Shown here: in pieces, positions 30,009 through 38,460 of the stretch
Numbering within the stretch: position 1 is the first letter of the stretch
Layout of the letters: every line of letters starts with the position of its first letter
Program-made: the position numbers and the translations under genes
Assembly: GCA_963676795.2 (NCBI GenBank)
Contig: CAXXTB010000001.1
Coordinates: 1,248,001-1,312,000, forward strand
DNA from: Geopsychrobacteraceae bacterium
Lineage (GTDB): Bacteria; Desulfobacterota; Desulfuromonadia; Desulfuromonadales; Geopsychrobacteraceae
Direction: 5' to 3'
Length of the DNA: 64,000 nt
Notes under the pieces: generated by a model
The model's input: the letters and a program-made list of their open reading frames with translations, nothing else
Databases searched by the model: none
Told to the model about the DNA's origin: nothing

Positions 30009-31479
30009 GGGGCAGATGTATATCGATGGGCAGTGGTGCGATGCTCTTTCCGGAGCGGTTCGTGAGATCATCAATCCGTTCAATCAGCAAGTGATCGCAA
30101 CTGTCGCTGAAGGGGATCGCGCCGATTCGCAAGCCGCCATCGCTGCGGCCAGAAGCGCTTTTGACGACGGCCGCTGGTCCGGTCTGACGGCGACGGAAAG
30201 AGCCGGTTATGTTTTCCGTCTGGCTGACCTGATTGAGGCGAACCGTCAGCAGCTGGCCGAGCTGGAGAGCCTCGACACCGGCAAAACGCTGACTGAGAGT
30301 CTCTGGGATATGGACGATATCGCCGGGATCTTCCGTTATTACGCCGGGCTGGCCGATAAGGACGGCGGTGAGATCATCAGCTCGCCGCTGCCGAACAGCG
30401 AGAGCCTGGTGGTGCGTGAGCCGGTCGGCGTCTGCGGCCAGATCTCACCCTGGAACTATCCGTTGTTGCAGGCGGCCTGGAAACTGGCTCCGGCCCTGGT
30501 CGCCGGCTGTACGGTGGTGATGAAGCCGAGCGAGATCACCCCGCTGACAACCATTCGCGTCAGCGAACTGGTCAGCGAGGCGGGTATCCCGGCCGGGGTG
30601 GTCAATCTGGTTTTGGGGCCGGGAGCGACGGTCGGTGCCGAACTCTCTGAAAGCCATGACGTCGATCTTATCTCCTTCACCGGCGGGATTGCCACCGGCA
30701 AGCGGATCATCCAGGCGGCAAGTTCCAACGTCAAGAAGATTTGTCTCGAGCTGGGTGGCAAAAACCCGAACATTATCTTTGCCGATGCCGATCTCGAGGT
30801 CGCCCTCGACTATGTACTGAACGGCGTCTTTTTTCACGCCGGTCAGATCTGCAGCGCCGGAGCGCGGGTGATGGTCGAAGAGTCGATCCATGACGATTTT
30901 GTCGACCGTCTCAAGCAGCGGATGAGCTGGATAAAACTGGGCAACGGTTTTGTTGAGGGAACCCAGATGGGACCGCTGATCTCGGCCGAGCATCTGGCCA
31001 AGGTCGAAAGCTACGTCAAGGTTGCCGTTGACGAGGGCGCTGTGCTGGAACTGGGCGGCAGACGCCCTGCCACTGCCGGTTTGCAGGACGGCTTCTTCTA
31101 CGAGCCGACCCTGTTCAGTGGCTGCAAAAACGACATGCGTATCGTTCAGGAGGAGGTCTTCGGGCCGGTGATCTCGGTCGAGCGGTTCTGTACCGAAGAG
31201 GAAGTGGTTGAACGCGCCAACAGCACCATCTATGGTCTGGCCGCCGGCTTCTGGACCGCCGACAGCGCCCGTCAGAAACGGGTTGCCCGTGGCTTACGCT
31301 TCGGAACCGTCTGGATCAACGACTTCAATGTCTACTTCACCCAGGCGCCCTGGGGCGGCTTCAAGCAGTCGGGACTGGGGCGCGAGCTGGGCAGGACCGG
31401 TCTCGAGGAGTATACCGAGCAGAAGCATATCTACCAGAACTATCAGCCGCAGGCGCTCAACTGGTTTGGAGTCAAGTAG
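30001..31479 (+). CDS. betB: Betaine aldehyde dehydrogenase
   Basis: PWNYP, LELGGKNP, GQICSAG, EEVFGP; overlaps end of betA. Confidence 0.88.
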   Translation: MRKGQMYIDGQWCDALSGAVREIINPFNQQVIATVAEGDRADSQAAIAAARSAFDDGRWSGLTATERAGYVFRLADLIEANRQQLAELESLDTGKTLTESLWDMDDIAGIFRYYAGLADKDGGEIISSPLPNSESLVVREPVGVCGQISPWNYPLLQAAWKLAPALVAGCTVVMKPSEITPLTTIRVSELVSEAGIPAGVVNLVLGPGATVGAELSESHDVDLISFTGGIATGKRIIQAASSNVKKICLELGGKNPNIIFADADLEVALDYVLNGVFFHAGQICSAGARVMVEESIHDDFVDRLKQRMSWIKLGNGFVEGTQMGPLISAEHLAKVESYVKVAVDEGAVLELGGRRPATAGLQDGFFYEPTLFSGCKNDMRIVQEEVFGPVISVERFCTEEEVVERANSTIYGLAAGFWTADSARQKRVARGLRFGTVWINDFNVYFTQAPWGGFKQSGLGRELGRTGLEEYTEQKHIYQNYQPQALNWFGVK

Positions 31480-31530
31480 CCCATCTGCCGCGATGAGCGT
31501 GGCGGGATCATTATACAAAAGGAGGAGTTG

Positions 31531-32481
31531 ATGTCTATTTCGTCTCTGAGGAGACCTATTGTTGTGGCGCTGACCCTGGTGCTGATCTTCTGGTCAGGAA
31601 TGGCTATGGCCGCAAACAAGATCCATTTTGCCCGGGTCAGCTGGACCGGGGTGACGGTCAAGACCGAACTGGCCAAGGATATTCTGACCAGTCTCGGCTA
31701 CCAGACCAAGGTTTCGACCCTGTCTGTGCCGATCGTCTACCAGGCCTTGAGCACCGGCGATGCCGATGTTTTCCTGGGCAACTGGATGCCGTCAATGGAG
31801 ACGATCGCCAACAAGTATTTTGAACAGGGGACAGTCATCAAATCTGTCGCAAACATGGAGGGGGCCAAGTATACCCTGGCGGCTCCCAGCTATGTGGTTG
31901 ACGGCGGGCTGAAGGATTTCGCCGATATCGCCAGGTTTGCCGACAAGCTCGATCACAAGATCTACGGCCTGGAACCGGGTAACGATGGTAACCTGATCAT
32001 CAAGGATATGATCGACAAGGATATGTTCGGTCTCAAAGGGTTCAAGATTGTCGCCACCAGCGAACCGATCATGTTGACCGAGGTACAGAACAAGGTGCGC
32101 GATAACCAGTGGGTTGTTTTTCTCGGCTGGTCGCCGCACTACATGAACCAGATTATCGATATGAAGTACCTGACCGGCAGTACCGGGGCGACCTTCGGCG
32201 ACAACGACGGCACCGCAACCGTCTATACCAATGTCCGCAAGGGTTTCGCCGAGGATGAGCCGAACGCAGCGCTGTTGATCAAGCAGATGATCTTCCCGAT
32301 CGCGATGATGAACGAGATTTCCCGGCTGCTTAACGACGACAAGAGTCTCGATCACGAAGCGGCCGGACTCAAATGGCTTAAAACGCATCCGGATATCTAC
32401 CGGAGTTGGCTGAAAGGGGTGAAGACCCTCGACGACAAACCGGGGTTGCCTGCATTCGAAGAGTTTCTTGCTGCCCACTGA
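31531..32481 (+). CDS. Glycine betaine/choline ABC substrate-binding protein (OpuAC/ChoX-like)
   Basis: Signal peptide, VSWT, FLGNWMP, YGLEPGNDGN, FLGWSPH. Confidence 0.9.
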   Translation: MSISSLRRPIVVALTLVLIFWSGMAMAANKIHFARVSWTGVTVKTELAKDILTSLGYQTKVSTLSVPIVYQALSTGDADVFLGNWMPSMETIANKYFEQGTVIKSVANMEGAKYTLAAPSYVVDGGLKDFADIARFADKLDHKIYGLEPGNDGNLIIKDMIDKDMFGLKGFKIVATSEPIMLTEVQNKVRDNQWVVFLGWSPHYMNQIIDMKYLTGSTGATFGDNDGTATVYTNVRKGFAEDEPNAALLIKQMIFPIAMMNEISRLLNDDKSLDHEAAGLKWLKTHPDIYRSWLKGVKTLDDKPGLPAFEEFLAAH

Positions 32482-32516
32482 TATCCACTGAATTATCAAT
32501 TTAATGCATTCGTCAT

Positions 32517-32556
32517 CGCCCGTTTGAGGAGCGTGCTCCTCAAACGGGCGTTTTTT
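32517..32556 (+). terminator. Intrinsic terminator of bet operon
   Basis: CGCCCGTTTGAGGAGC-GT-GCTCCTCAAACGGGCG-TTTTTT. Confidence 0.88.
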
Positions 32557-32707
32557 GATTGTTTCATCTATCAAGCCGGGAACCGGCTGTGCTATTCCGC
32601 GAATTCAAGATGCAAGGCATCTTGTCTGAGCGTGCAGAGAGTTGCAGCCCAAAGGCTACGAAGATGTCGCGAAACGTTTACCAACGATGCCGTTGACGTT
32701 AGAGTTT

Positions 32708-32871
32708 CTTTTGCGCCCTTTTCTTTGCGATCAAAGAAAAGGGCGTCGCCTGCCGGTGCGAGAACCGGCGGTTCTTTTCAAGGTTATCTCAATAGCGAAG
32801 ATTAAGTTCGCGGGGTTTCGCCCCCGCACGGCGACATCCTTTTATCCAGAGCCACAAAAGGATGCAAAAGG
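32708..32871. repeat. Two diverged copies of a ~63-bp two-hairpin repeat in inverted orientation
   Basis: 32708-32770 aligns to the reverse complement of 32809-32871 with stem-preserving substitutions. Confidence 0.72.
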
Positions 32872-33074
32872 GCTCTTTTTATATTGTCGTTTTTCAGCCT
32901 TTATTTCTTCGTAGCTTTACGCCCGCATCTGACAACGCGCCCTACGATGAGTTGACTCATCTAATGGGCAGAATCGGAAAAACTCAGCAAAGCTGAGTTT
33001 TGATAGAGGCAGTTGAAACGAACTTGCTTATATTTTCAGGCTTTTTTCCTCAGGCTGTGTTAATCACCTTACTA

Positions 33075-33103
33075 TTGACAAAAAAAAGGCGCTTTTTTAT
33101 GAT
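33075..33103 (+). promoter_or_regulatory. Sigma70 promoter of the cobalamin-riboswitch operon
   Basis: TTGACA(33075)-17 bp-TATGAT(33098), just upstream of the aptamer. Confidence 0.85.
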
Positions 33104-33107
33104 CCTC

Positions 33108-33285
33108 GTGACCGGGGTGCCTGCCTTTATTTAAAGGCGGGGTAATAGGAAAAACGGTGAAAATCCGTTGCATACCAGCCATTGCCGTGAACGGGGACGA
33201 CGGCCTGCTTTTATGCCACTCATCTTTGATGGGGAAGGCGCAGGCCCGAGGATGATCCGTTAGCCGGAAAGCCTGCCCAGGTAAC
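33108..33285 (+). ncRNA. Cobalamin (B12) riboswitch
   Basis: GGTGC...AATAGGAAAAACGGTGAAATCCGT...GCCGTGA...GCCACT...GGGAAGG...AGCCGGAAAGCCTGCC (B12 box); candidate SD-sequestering hairpin 33305-33344. Confidence 0.92.
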
Positions 33286-33343
33286 ATATCTCAAGGAAGC
33301 CCGCTGGAACCTTTCCTGTATACACCCGTATCAGGAGGATTCC

Positions 33344-34450
33344 ATGACGCTCGAAAAGAACAGAGCCTTTGGTGCGCTCATCACCCGTCTCATCAACAAA
33401 GACAACCTCTCCCGAGAAGAAGCCTACAGTGCCTTTTCAACGATTTTAAGCAATACCACCACTGAGTTGCAGCAGGGTGCTTTTCTCTCTGCCCTGACGG
33501 CAAAAGGGGAAACGGCCCAGGAAGTTGCCGGTGCCTGGGAAGCGATCTACCAGCTCGATACGACCAAGGTGGCTATCGATCTGGCTGTCGCGGAAAATTC
33601 CGGAACCGGGATGGACAGTTTCAAGACCTTCAACATCAGTACCGCAGCTTCGATTATCGCCGCTGCCGGTGAGGTGCCGATGGCTCGTCACGGCGCCCGG
33701 GCGATCACCTCGATGTGCGGCACCGTCGATATGGCTGAGGCTCTCGGGGTCGATGTCGAGTGCGATGCTGAGACCGTGGCCCGGAGTATCGAAAAGGTCG
33801 GCCTTGGTCTGTTCAATGGCATGAGCCCGCAGATCCACCCCAATGCGCTGGGGCGGATTCTCTCCCAGATCTATTTCGGTTCAACCCTGAATATCGCCGC
33901 GTCGCTGGCCAACCCGGCACTGCCGAAGATCGGTGTCCGGGGGGTCTATGCCAAAGAAATGATCATGCCCGTCGCCGAAGTGATGAGTGAAATCGGTTAT
34001 CATAGCGCCCTGGTTCTGCACGGTGAAACAGGCAGCGGCCTGGGCATGGACGAAGCCTCCATCTGTGGCGCCACCTATTGCGCCCGCATCAGCCAGGATG
34101 CGAGTACGGGAGCCAAGGCCATTGAACAGTTCAGTATCGATCCGCAAAAACTTGGCCTGGCGGTCTCCTCTCTCGATGCTCTGAAACCCGAAGCGAACAT
34201 CAAGGCCGAATCTGTCCGCTTTGCCGGCCTGATGGCGAACAGGGAAGAGGGTGCCAGAAAGAATGCCGCAACCCTCAATGCCGGTCTGATCTTCCTGGCC
34301 GCCGGTAAAGCCGATAGTCTGGAGGACGGGGTTCAGCAGGCGACCGTTCTGCTAGAATCGGGCAAGGCTTTTGCTACCCTGGAACGCTGGGTCGCCACCC
34401 AGAACCGTACCCCGGAACAAGGCCTTGAAAAACTTCATGCTCTGATCTGA
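33344..34450 (+). CDS. Divergent anthranilate phosphoribosyltransferase-like protein (glycosyltransferase family 3)
   Basis: TrpD-type N-terminal helical domain (GAFLSALTAKGET), GTGMD..KTFNIST, ARHGAR, GMDE. Confidence 0.85.
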   Translation: MTLEKNRAFGALITRLINKDNLSREEAYSAFSTILSNTTTELQQGAFLSALTAKGETAQEVAGAWEAIYQLDTTKVAIDLAVAENSGTGMDSFKTFNISTAASIIAAAGEVPMARHGARAITSMCGTVDMAEALGVDVECDAETVARSIEKVGLGLFNGMSPQIHPNALGRILSQIYFGSTLNIAASLANPALPKIGVRGVYAKEMIMPVAEVMSEIGYHSALVLHGETGSGLGMDEASICGATYCARISQDASTGAKAIEQFSIDPQKLGLAVSSLDALKPEANIKAESVRFAGLMANREEGARKNAATLNAGLIFLAAGKADSLEDGVQQATVLLESGKAFATLERWVATQNRTPEQGLEKLHALI

Positions 34451-34508
34451 TTGATAAAGGCAGGTTTGGTCGCTTGACCGGGCCTGCAAATCGAGTCTGG
34501 AGATTTTT

Positions 34509-34709
34509 ATGGAACTGTTGATTATCAAATGTGGCGAACGCTATCTCAAGACGAGCGCGGCTGACTACGAGCTCGTCGATTTCAATAAAGCGTCTGTCTT
34601 TCCTCTGCACCAGCTGGAGCAGGTCCGGGACATGGAAACCAGGGCTCTGGCACAGGGCTTTTCTGAACTGTGCGTCAAAAAGCTGGTACTGACCGAGGAG
34701 GATCTGTGA
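34509..34709 (+). CDS. 66-aa hypothetical protein
   Basis: GGAG RBS; TGATG coupling to the next gene. Confidence 0.7.
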   Translation: MELLIIKCGERYLKTSAADYELVDFNKASVFPLHQLEQVRDMETRALAQGFSELCVKKLVLTEEDL

Positions 34710-36862
34710 TGATTCGGATGCAACTGACCGGCCTGCGTCAGCTTGACGTTCAGCCGCAGCCGCCGCTGCTTGCGCCGACCGATAAGAGCCAGGCGCTGGT
34801 CGAGGTGCTGGCCTGCGCCATCTGCCGCACCGATGCCAAGATGTGGGAGCAGGGGCACCGTGATCTGGTTTTTCCCCGGGTACTCGGTCATGAGATGATC
34901 GTCCGGGCGGAAGACGGCCGGCGTTATATCGTCTGGCCGGGCTCCAGTTGCGGAACTTGTTCCTATTGTCTGGCCGGTAAGGAAAATCTCTGTGACGATA
35001 TGAAAATCGCCGGTTTTCATCATGACGGCGGTTTTGCCCATCAGGCCCTGGTTCCATCAAGTGGCCTCATCCCCGTTCCCGACCAGCTCGATAATCACGT
35101 CGCCTGCTTTGCTGAACCGGTCGGTTGTGTCATCAATGCCTTTGACAAGCTGCCAATCGCTGCCGGAAAAAAACTGCTGATCTACGGCGGTGGTACGATG
35201 GGCCTGATCTCTGCCCTCTACGCCCGCCAGCTTGGCCTTGAGCCGCTGATTCTGGAAAAGGATGAAGCGAAAATCCGCAAGATCAAGCCGATTCTGGTAG
35301 AAGAAAACCTGGTTTGCTGCAAGGAGACCCTCCAGAGCCTGTTCGATCTGGTCATCAATACCTGTCCTGATTACATCGCCTTCTGCCAGGCGATCAGCAA
35401 GGTCGACAAGGGGGGGCACATCTCATTCTTTTCCGGTATCTCGAAAAATGAAACACTGGAGACCAACCTCGTCAACCTGATCCACTACAAGGAGGCCACG
35501 GTTTCAGGGGCCTACGGTATGAAACAGTCGGACATGGAACGGGCTGTTCCGTTCCTGATTTCTCATGCCGCATCTCTTACGCGCCTTATCGAAGCGGTTG
35601 TCAGCCCCGAACAGGCTCCGGCTCTCATGCCGGAGGTTCTTTCCGGCAAGCGGCTTAAATATATCCTCGATTTTACCCCTACAATAAATACGGAGGATAA
35701 ACGCAGGGAGAAGATACAGGCCGATCAGGTTACAGAACAAAAGGATGAATATCTCCCTCGTCATTCTATCCTGCCCGAAGGAAGTTTGTGCCGCCGGGTC
35801 GTCGAATCTGTTTTTTCTCTTGATAAGCATCTTTCTGCCGAAGCAGAAGCAAAGATGGATGACAAGGCTAAGCCACTCGGGTCGCTTGGCAGGCTGGAAC
35901 CTCTGGCGATCAGCATCTGCAGAATCCAGAGAACATTGCAGCCCCGGCTTCAGCGCAAAGGGATGCTGGTTTTTGCTGCCGATCATGGCGTGGTCGAAGA
36001 GGGTGTGTCGGCGTACCCTGCCGAGGTTACGGGACAGATGGTCGACAACTATCTGAACGGCGGCGCGGCCATCAATGTCATCTGCCGTCGCTATGCGATT
36101 GATATGAAGATCGTCGATATGGGGGTGAAGAAGGATTTTTCAGCTCACTCGGATCTGATCCGGGCCAAGGTCGCGGCCGGGACACGGAATATGGCACTGC
36201 AAACAGCGATGACCCATGATCAGGCGATACAGGCTCTTGAAAGTGGCATTCAGGCATTCTTCTCATTGAACGACACCGAGGATGGGCCATTGCAGATACT
36301 TGGCCTCGGCGAGATGGGGATCGGCAACACCACATCAGCGGCGGCGATCATCTCCGTTATTACCGGGATCACACCTGGTCAGGCTACTGGGCGGGGGACC
36401 GGGGTCGATGATGAAGGGCTGAAGCATAAGACCGAGGTCATCGAAAAGATCCTCGCTTTTCATCAGCTGGACGGTAGCAACGGTCTGGAGATTTTAATCG
36501 CGATTGGTGGCTTTGAACTGGCCGGGATCGCCGGGGCGGCATTAGCGGCAGCTTCACAGGGCTGCGCCGTGGTTCTGGACGGTGTTATTTCAACCGCTGC
36601 GGGGTTGATTGCCTATCTGTTCAACCCGGCAATCAGGGATTACCTGATCGCCGGGCATAAATCCGTTGAGCAGGCCCAATCCGCAGCCCTTGCATATATG
36701 GGGCTCGATCCGGTCGTCGATCTGGCGATGCGTCTTGGCGAAGGAACAGGTGCCGCACTGACCATCGACCTGGCCGCAACCGCCTGCCAGTTGATGAGTG
36801 AAATGGCCTCTTTCGATGAAGCCAAGATTTCCAGATCAGGAACAAAAAAGCCGGCAGATTGA
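34709..36862 (+). CDS. cobT: Fusion: zinc-dependent MDR dehydrogenase + nicotinate-nucleotide-dimethylbenzimidazole phosphoribosyltransferase (CobT)
   Basis: N-half: ICRTD, GHE, CGTCSYC-x7-C, YGGGTMG; C-half: KPLGSLGRLE, FAADHGV, GEMGIGNTT, MRLGEGTGA; single uninterrupted frame. Confidence 0.9.
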   Translation: MIRMQLTGLRQLDVQPQPPLLAPTDKSQALVEVLACAICRTDAKMWEQGHRDLVFPRVLGHEMIVRAEDGRRYIVWPGSSCGTCSYCLAGKENLCDDMKIAGFHHDGGFAHQALVPSSGLIPVPDQLDNHVACFAEPVGCVINAFDKLPIAAGKKLLIYGGGTMGLISALYARQLGLEPLILEKDEAKIRKIKPILVEENLVCCKETLQSLFDLVINTCPDYIAFCQAISKVDKGGHISFFSGISKNETLETNLVNLIHYKEATVSGAYGMKQSDMERAVPFLISHAASLTRLIEAVVSPEQAPALMPEVLSGKRLKYILDFTPTINTEDKRREKIQADQVTEQKDEYLPRHSILPEGSLCRRVVESVFSLDKHLSAEAEAKMDDKAKPLGSLGRLEPLAISICRIQRTLQPRLQRKGMLVFAADHGVVEEGVSAYPAEVTGQMVDNYLNGGAAINVICRRYAIDMKIVDMGVKKDFSAHSDLIRAKVAAGTRNMALQTAMTHDQAIQALESGIQAFFSLNDTEDGPLQILGLGEMGIGNTTSAAAIISVITGITPGQATGRGTGVDDEGLKHKTEVIEKILAFHQLDGSNGLEILIAIGGFELAGIAGAALAAASQGCAVVLDGVISTAAGLIAYLFNPAIRDYLIAGHKSVEQAQSAALAYMGLDPVVDLAMRLGEGTGAALTIDLAATACQLMSEMASFDEAKISRSGTKKPAD

Positions 36863-36875
36863 GCCGGCTTTTTTT
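36844..36875. terminator. Bidirectional terminator between cobT fusion and rlmD
   Basis: AAAAAAGCCGGC-N7-GCCGGCTTTTTTT. Confidence 0.8.
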
Positions 36876-36878
36876 GCA

Positions 36879-38270
36879 TTAATTCAGTTTCAGCTGGACC
36901 ACCGTCTCGATGTGCGAGGTCTGCGGGAACATGTCGACCGGCTGAACCTGGACGACTTGGTAGCCGCCGTTTTTGAGGATCGCCAGGTCGCGGGCGAGGC
37001 TGTCCGGATCGCAGGAGACGTAGATGATCTGCTTGGGGCGCATCTGGTTGAGAGCGTTCAGAACTTCCTCATCGCAGCCTTTACGTGGCGGATTGAGGGT
37101 CACCAGGGAAAATCGTTCGTTATGGTCCTGGTATTCGCCGATCAGTTCTGCCGCGTCGCCGGCGAAGAAATGGCAGTTGCCAAGACTGTTCAGTTTGGCA
37201 TTCTCGGTCGCGTTGCGTACCGCCTGCTCGACATATTCAATACCGTCCACGCGGCCTGCGTCCTGGGCCAGGTGCAGGGCGATGCCGCCGATGCCGCAGT
37301 AGAGATCGAGGGCCGCATCCTGTTTGCTCAGGTTCGCCCAGCTGCGGACCAGCCGGTAGATGCGCGCCGCCTGCAGGGTGTTGATCTGAAAGAACGACTC
37401 CGGCGCCATGCGCACCGAGACATCACCGACCTGGTCGATCAGGTCAGGCAGGCCGAGCAGCTTGATCGTTTCATCGCCGATGATAACGTTGCCGGTCGAG
37501 CTGTTGATGTTCTCGTGGACGCCGATCACCTCAGGCACCTTGCGGGTCAGCCATTTGGCCAGTTTCGGCAGCTGCTGCAGGTCCTTGAAGTTGCTGACGA
37601 AGGTGACCAGTGCCTTGTTGTGGATCGGGCTGACGCGGATCAGCAGGTAGCGCAACAGGCCGCGCTGGTGCTTGGCTGAATAGACGGAGATCCTCTGACG
37701 CTCGACCTCCTCCCTGACCACTGCGACGATCTTATTGATCAGCGGGTGGTGAACCGGGCAGTCAGGGCAGTCGACGACATCGTGGGTGCCGCGCCGGTAG
37801 AGGCCGATCGACACCTTCTCCCGTTTGCGGGAAAAGGTCAGCTTGGCGCTGGCGCGATAGCCGACGGCGTTCTCTGAAGGGATGACCGCATTGACCTGTT
37901 CGCTGGAAACGATCTGCTGTTCCTTCAGCGCATTGGCCACCCGGGTCTGCTTGTAGAGCAGCTGGTCGGGATATTTCATGGCGATCAGCGGGCAGCCGAG
38001 GCAGGCCTGCTCCTTGCTGCACAGCGTCCGCGCGCTGCGGGTTCTGGCCGAATGCACGACCTTGCGCAGGTTGGTGTAGATATGAGTGCGGCCGACATGT
38101 TCGATTTCGGCGATGACTGTATCACCCGGCAGGGCGCCCTGGATCAGGGCGGTTTTGCCTTCATGTTTGGCCAGGCCGATCCCTTCATTGTCCAGAGCTT
38201 CGATGGTCAGTTTCAGGGGTGGATCTGGTTGTTTCCCAGTGCGTTCTTTGTTGCCGGCTTTCTTTGCCAT
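36879..38270 (-). CDS. rlmD: 23S rRNA (uracil-5)-methyltransferase RlmD
   Basis: TRAM domain, Fe-S cysteines, SFFQIN, LDLYCGIG, NPPRKG, YVSCDP, DMFPQTSHIE. Confidence 0.93.
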   Translation of the reverse strand: MAKKAGNKERTGKQPDPPLKLTIEALDNEGIGLAKHEGKTALIQGALPGDTVIAEIEHVGRTHIYTNLRKVVHSARTRSARTLCSKEQACLGCPLIAMKYPDQLLYKQTRVANALKEQQIVSSEQVNAVIPSENAVGYRASAKLTFSRKREKVSIGLYRRGTHDVVDCPDCPVHHPLINKIVAVVREEVERQRISVYSAKHQRGLLRYLLIRVSPIHNKALVTFVSNFKDLQQLPKLAKWLTRKVPEVIGVHENINSSTGNVIIGDETIKLLGLPDLIDQVGDVSVRMAPESFFQINTLQAARIYRLVRSWANLSKQDAALDLYCGIGGIALHLAQDAGRVDGIEYVEQAVRNATENAKLNSLGNCHFFAGDAAELIGEYQDHNERFSLVTLNPPRKGCDEEVLNALNQMRPKQIIYVSCDPDSLARDLAILKNGGYQVVQVQPVDMFPQTSHIETVVQLKLN

Positions 38271-38460
38271 GTCGGTGCTCTCTTTGCTTCTCTATATATA
38301 ATGGTTCCGCCGTATGCCATTGCAGGCGAGGCGCGAAGGGTACTCTTCTTTTAAGTGCCTGTCAAACCTATAGAAGTTTTTGCGGACACTTGCCAGTTTT
38401 GTCCAAGTTTATTAAACTTCGCTCGCAAGTAAAATTCCTTATTGATGAAAGAGTCATATT

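Noticed and set aside
32524..33287. Short ORFs 32524-32805, 32642-32914 and 33072-33287
   Set aside because: They overlap a terminator, the structured repeats and the riboswitch; no coding features
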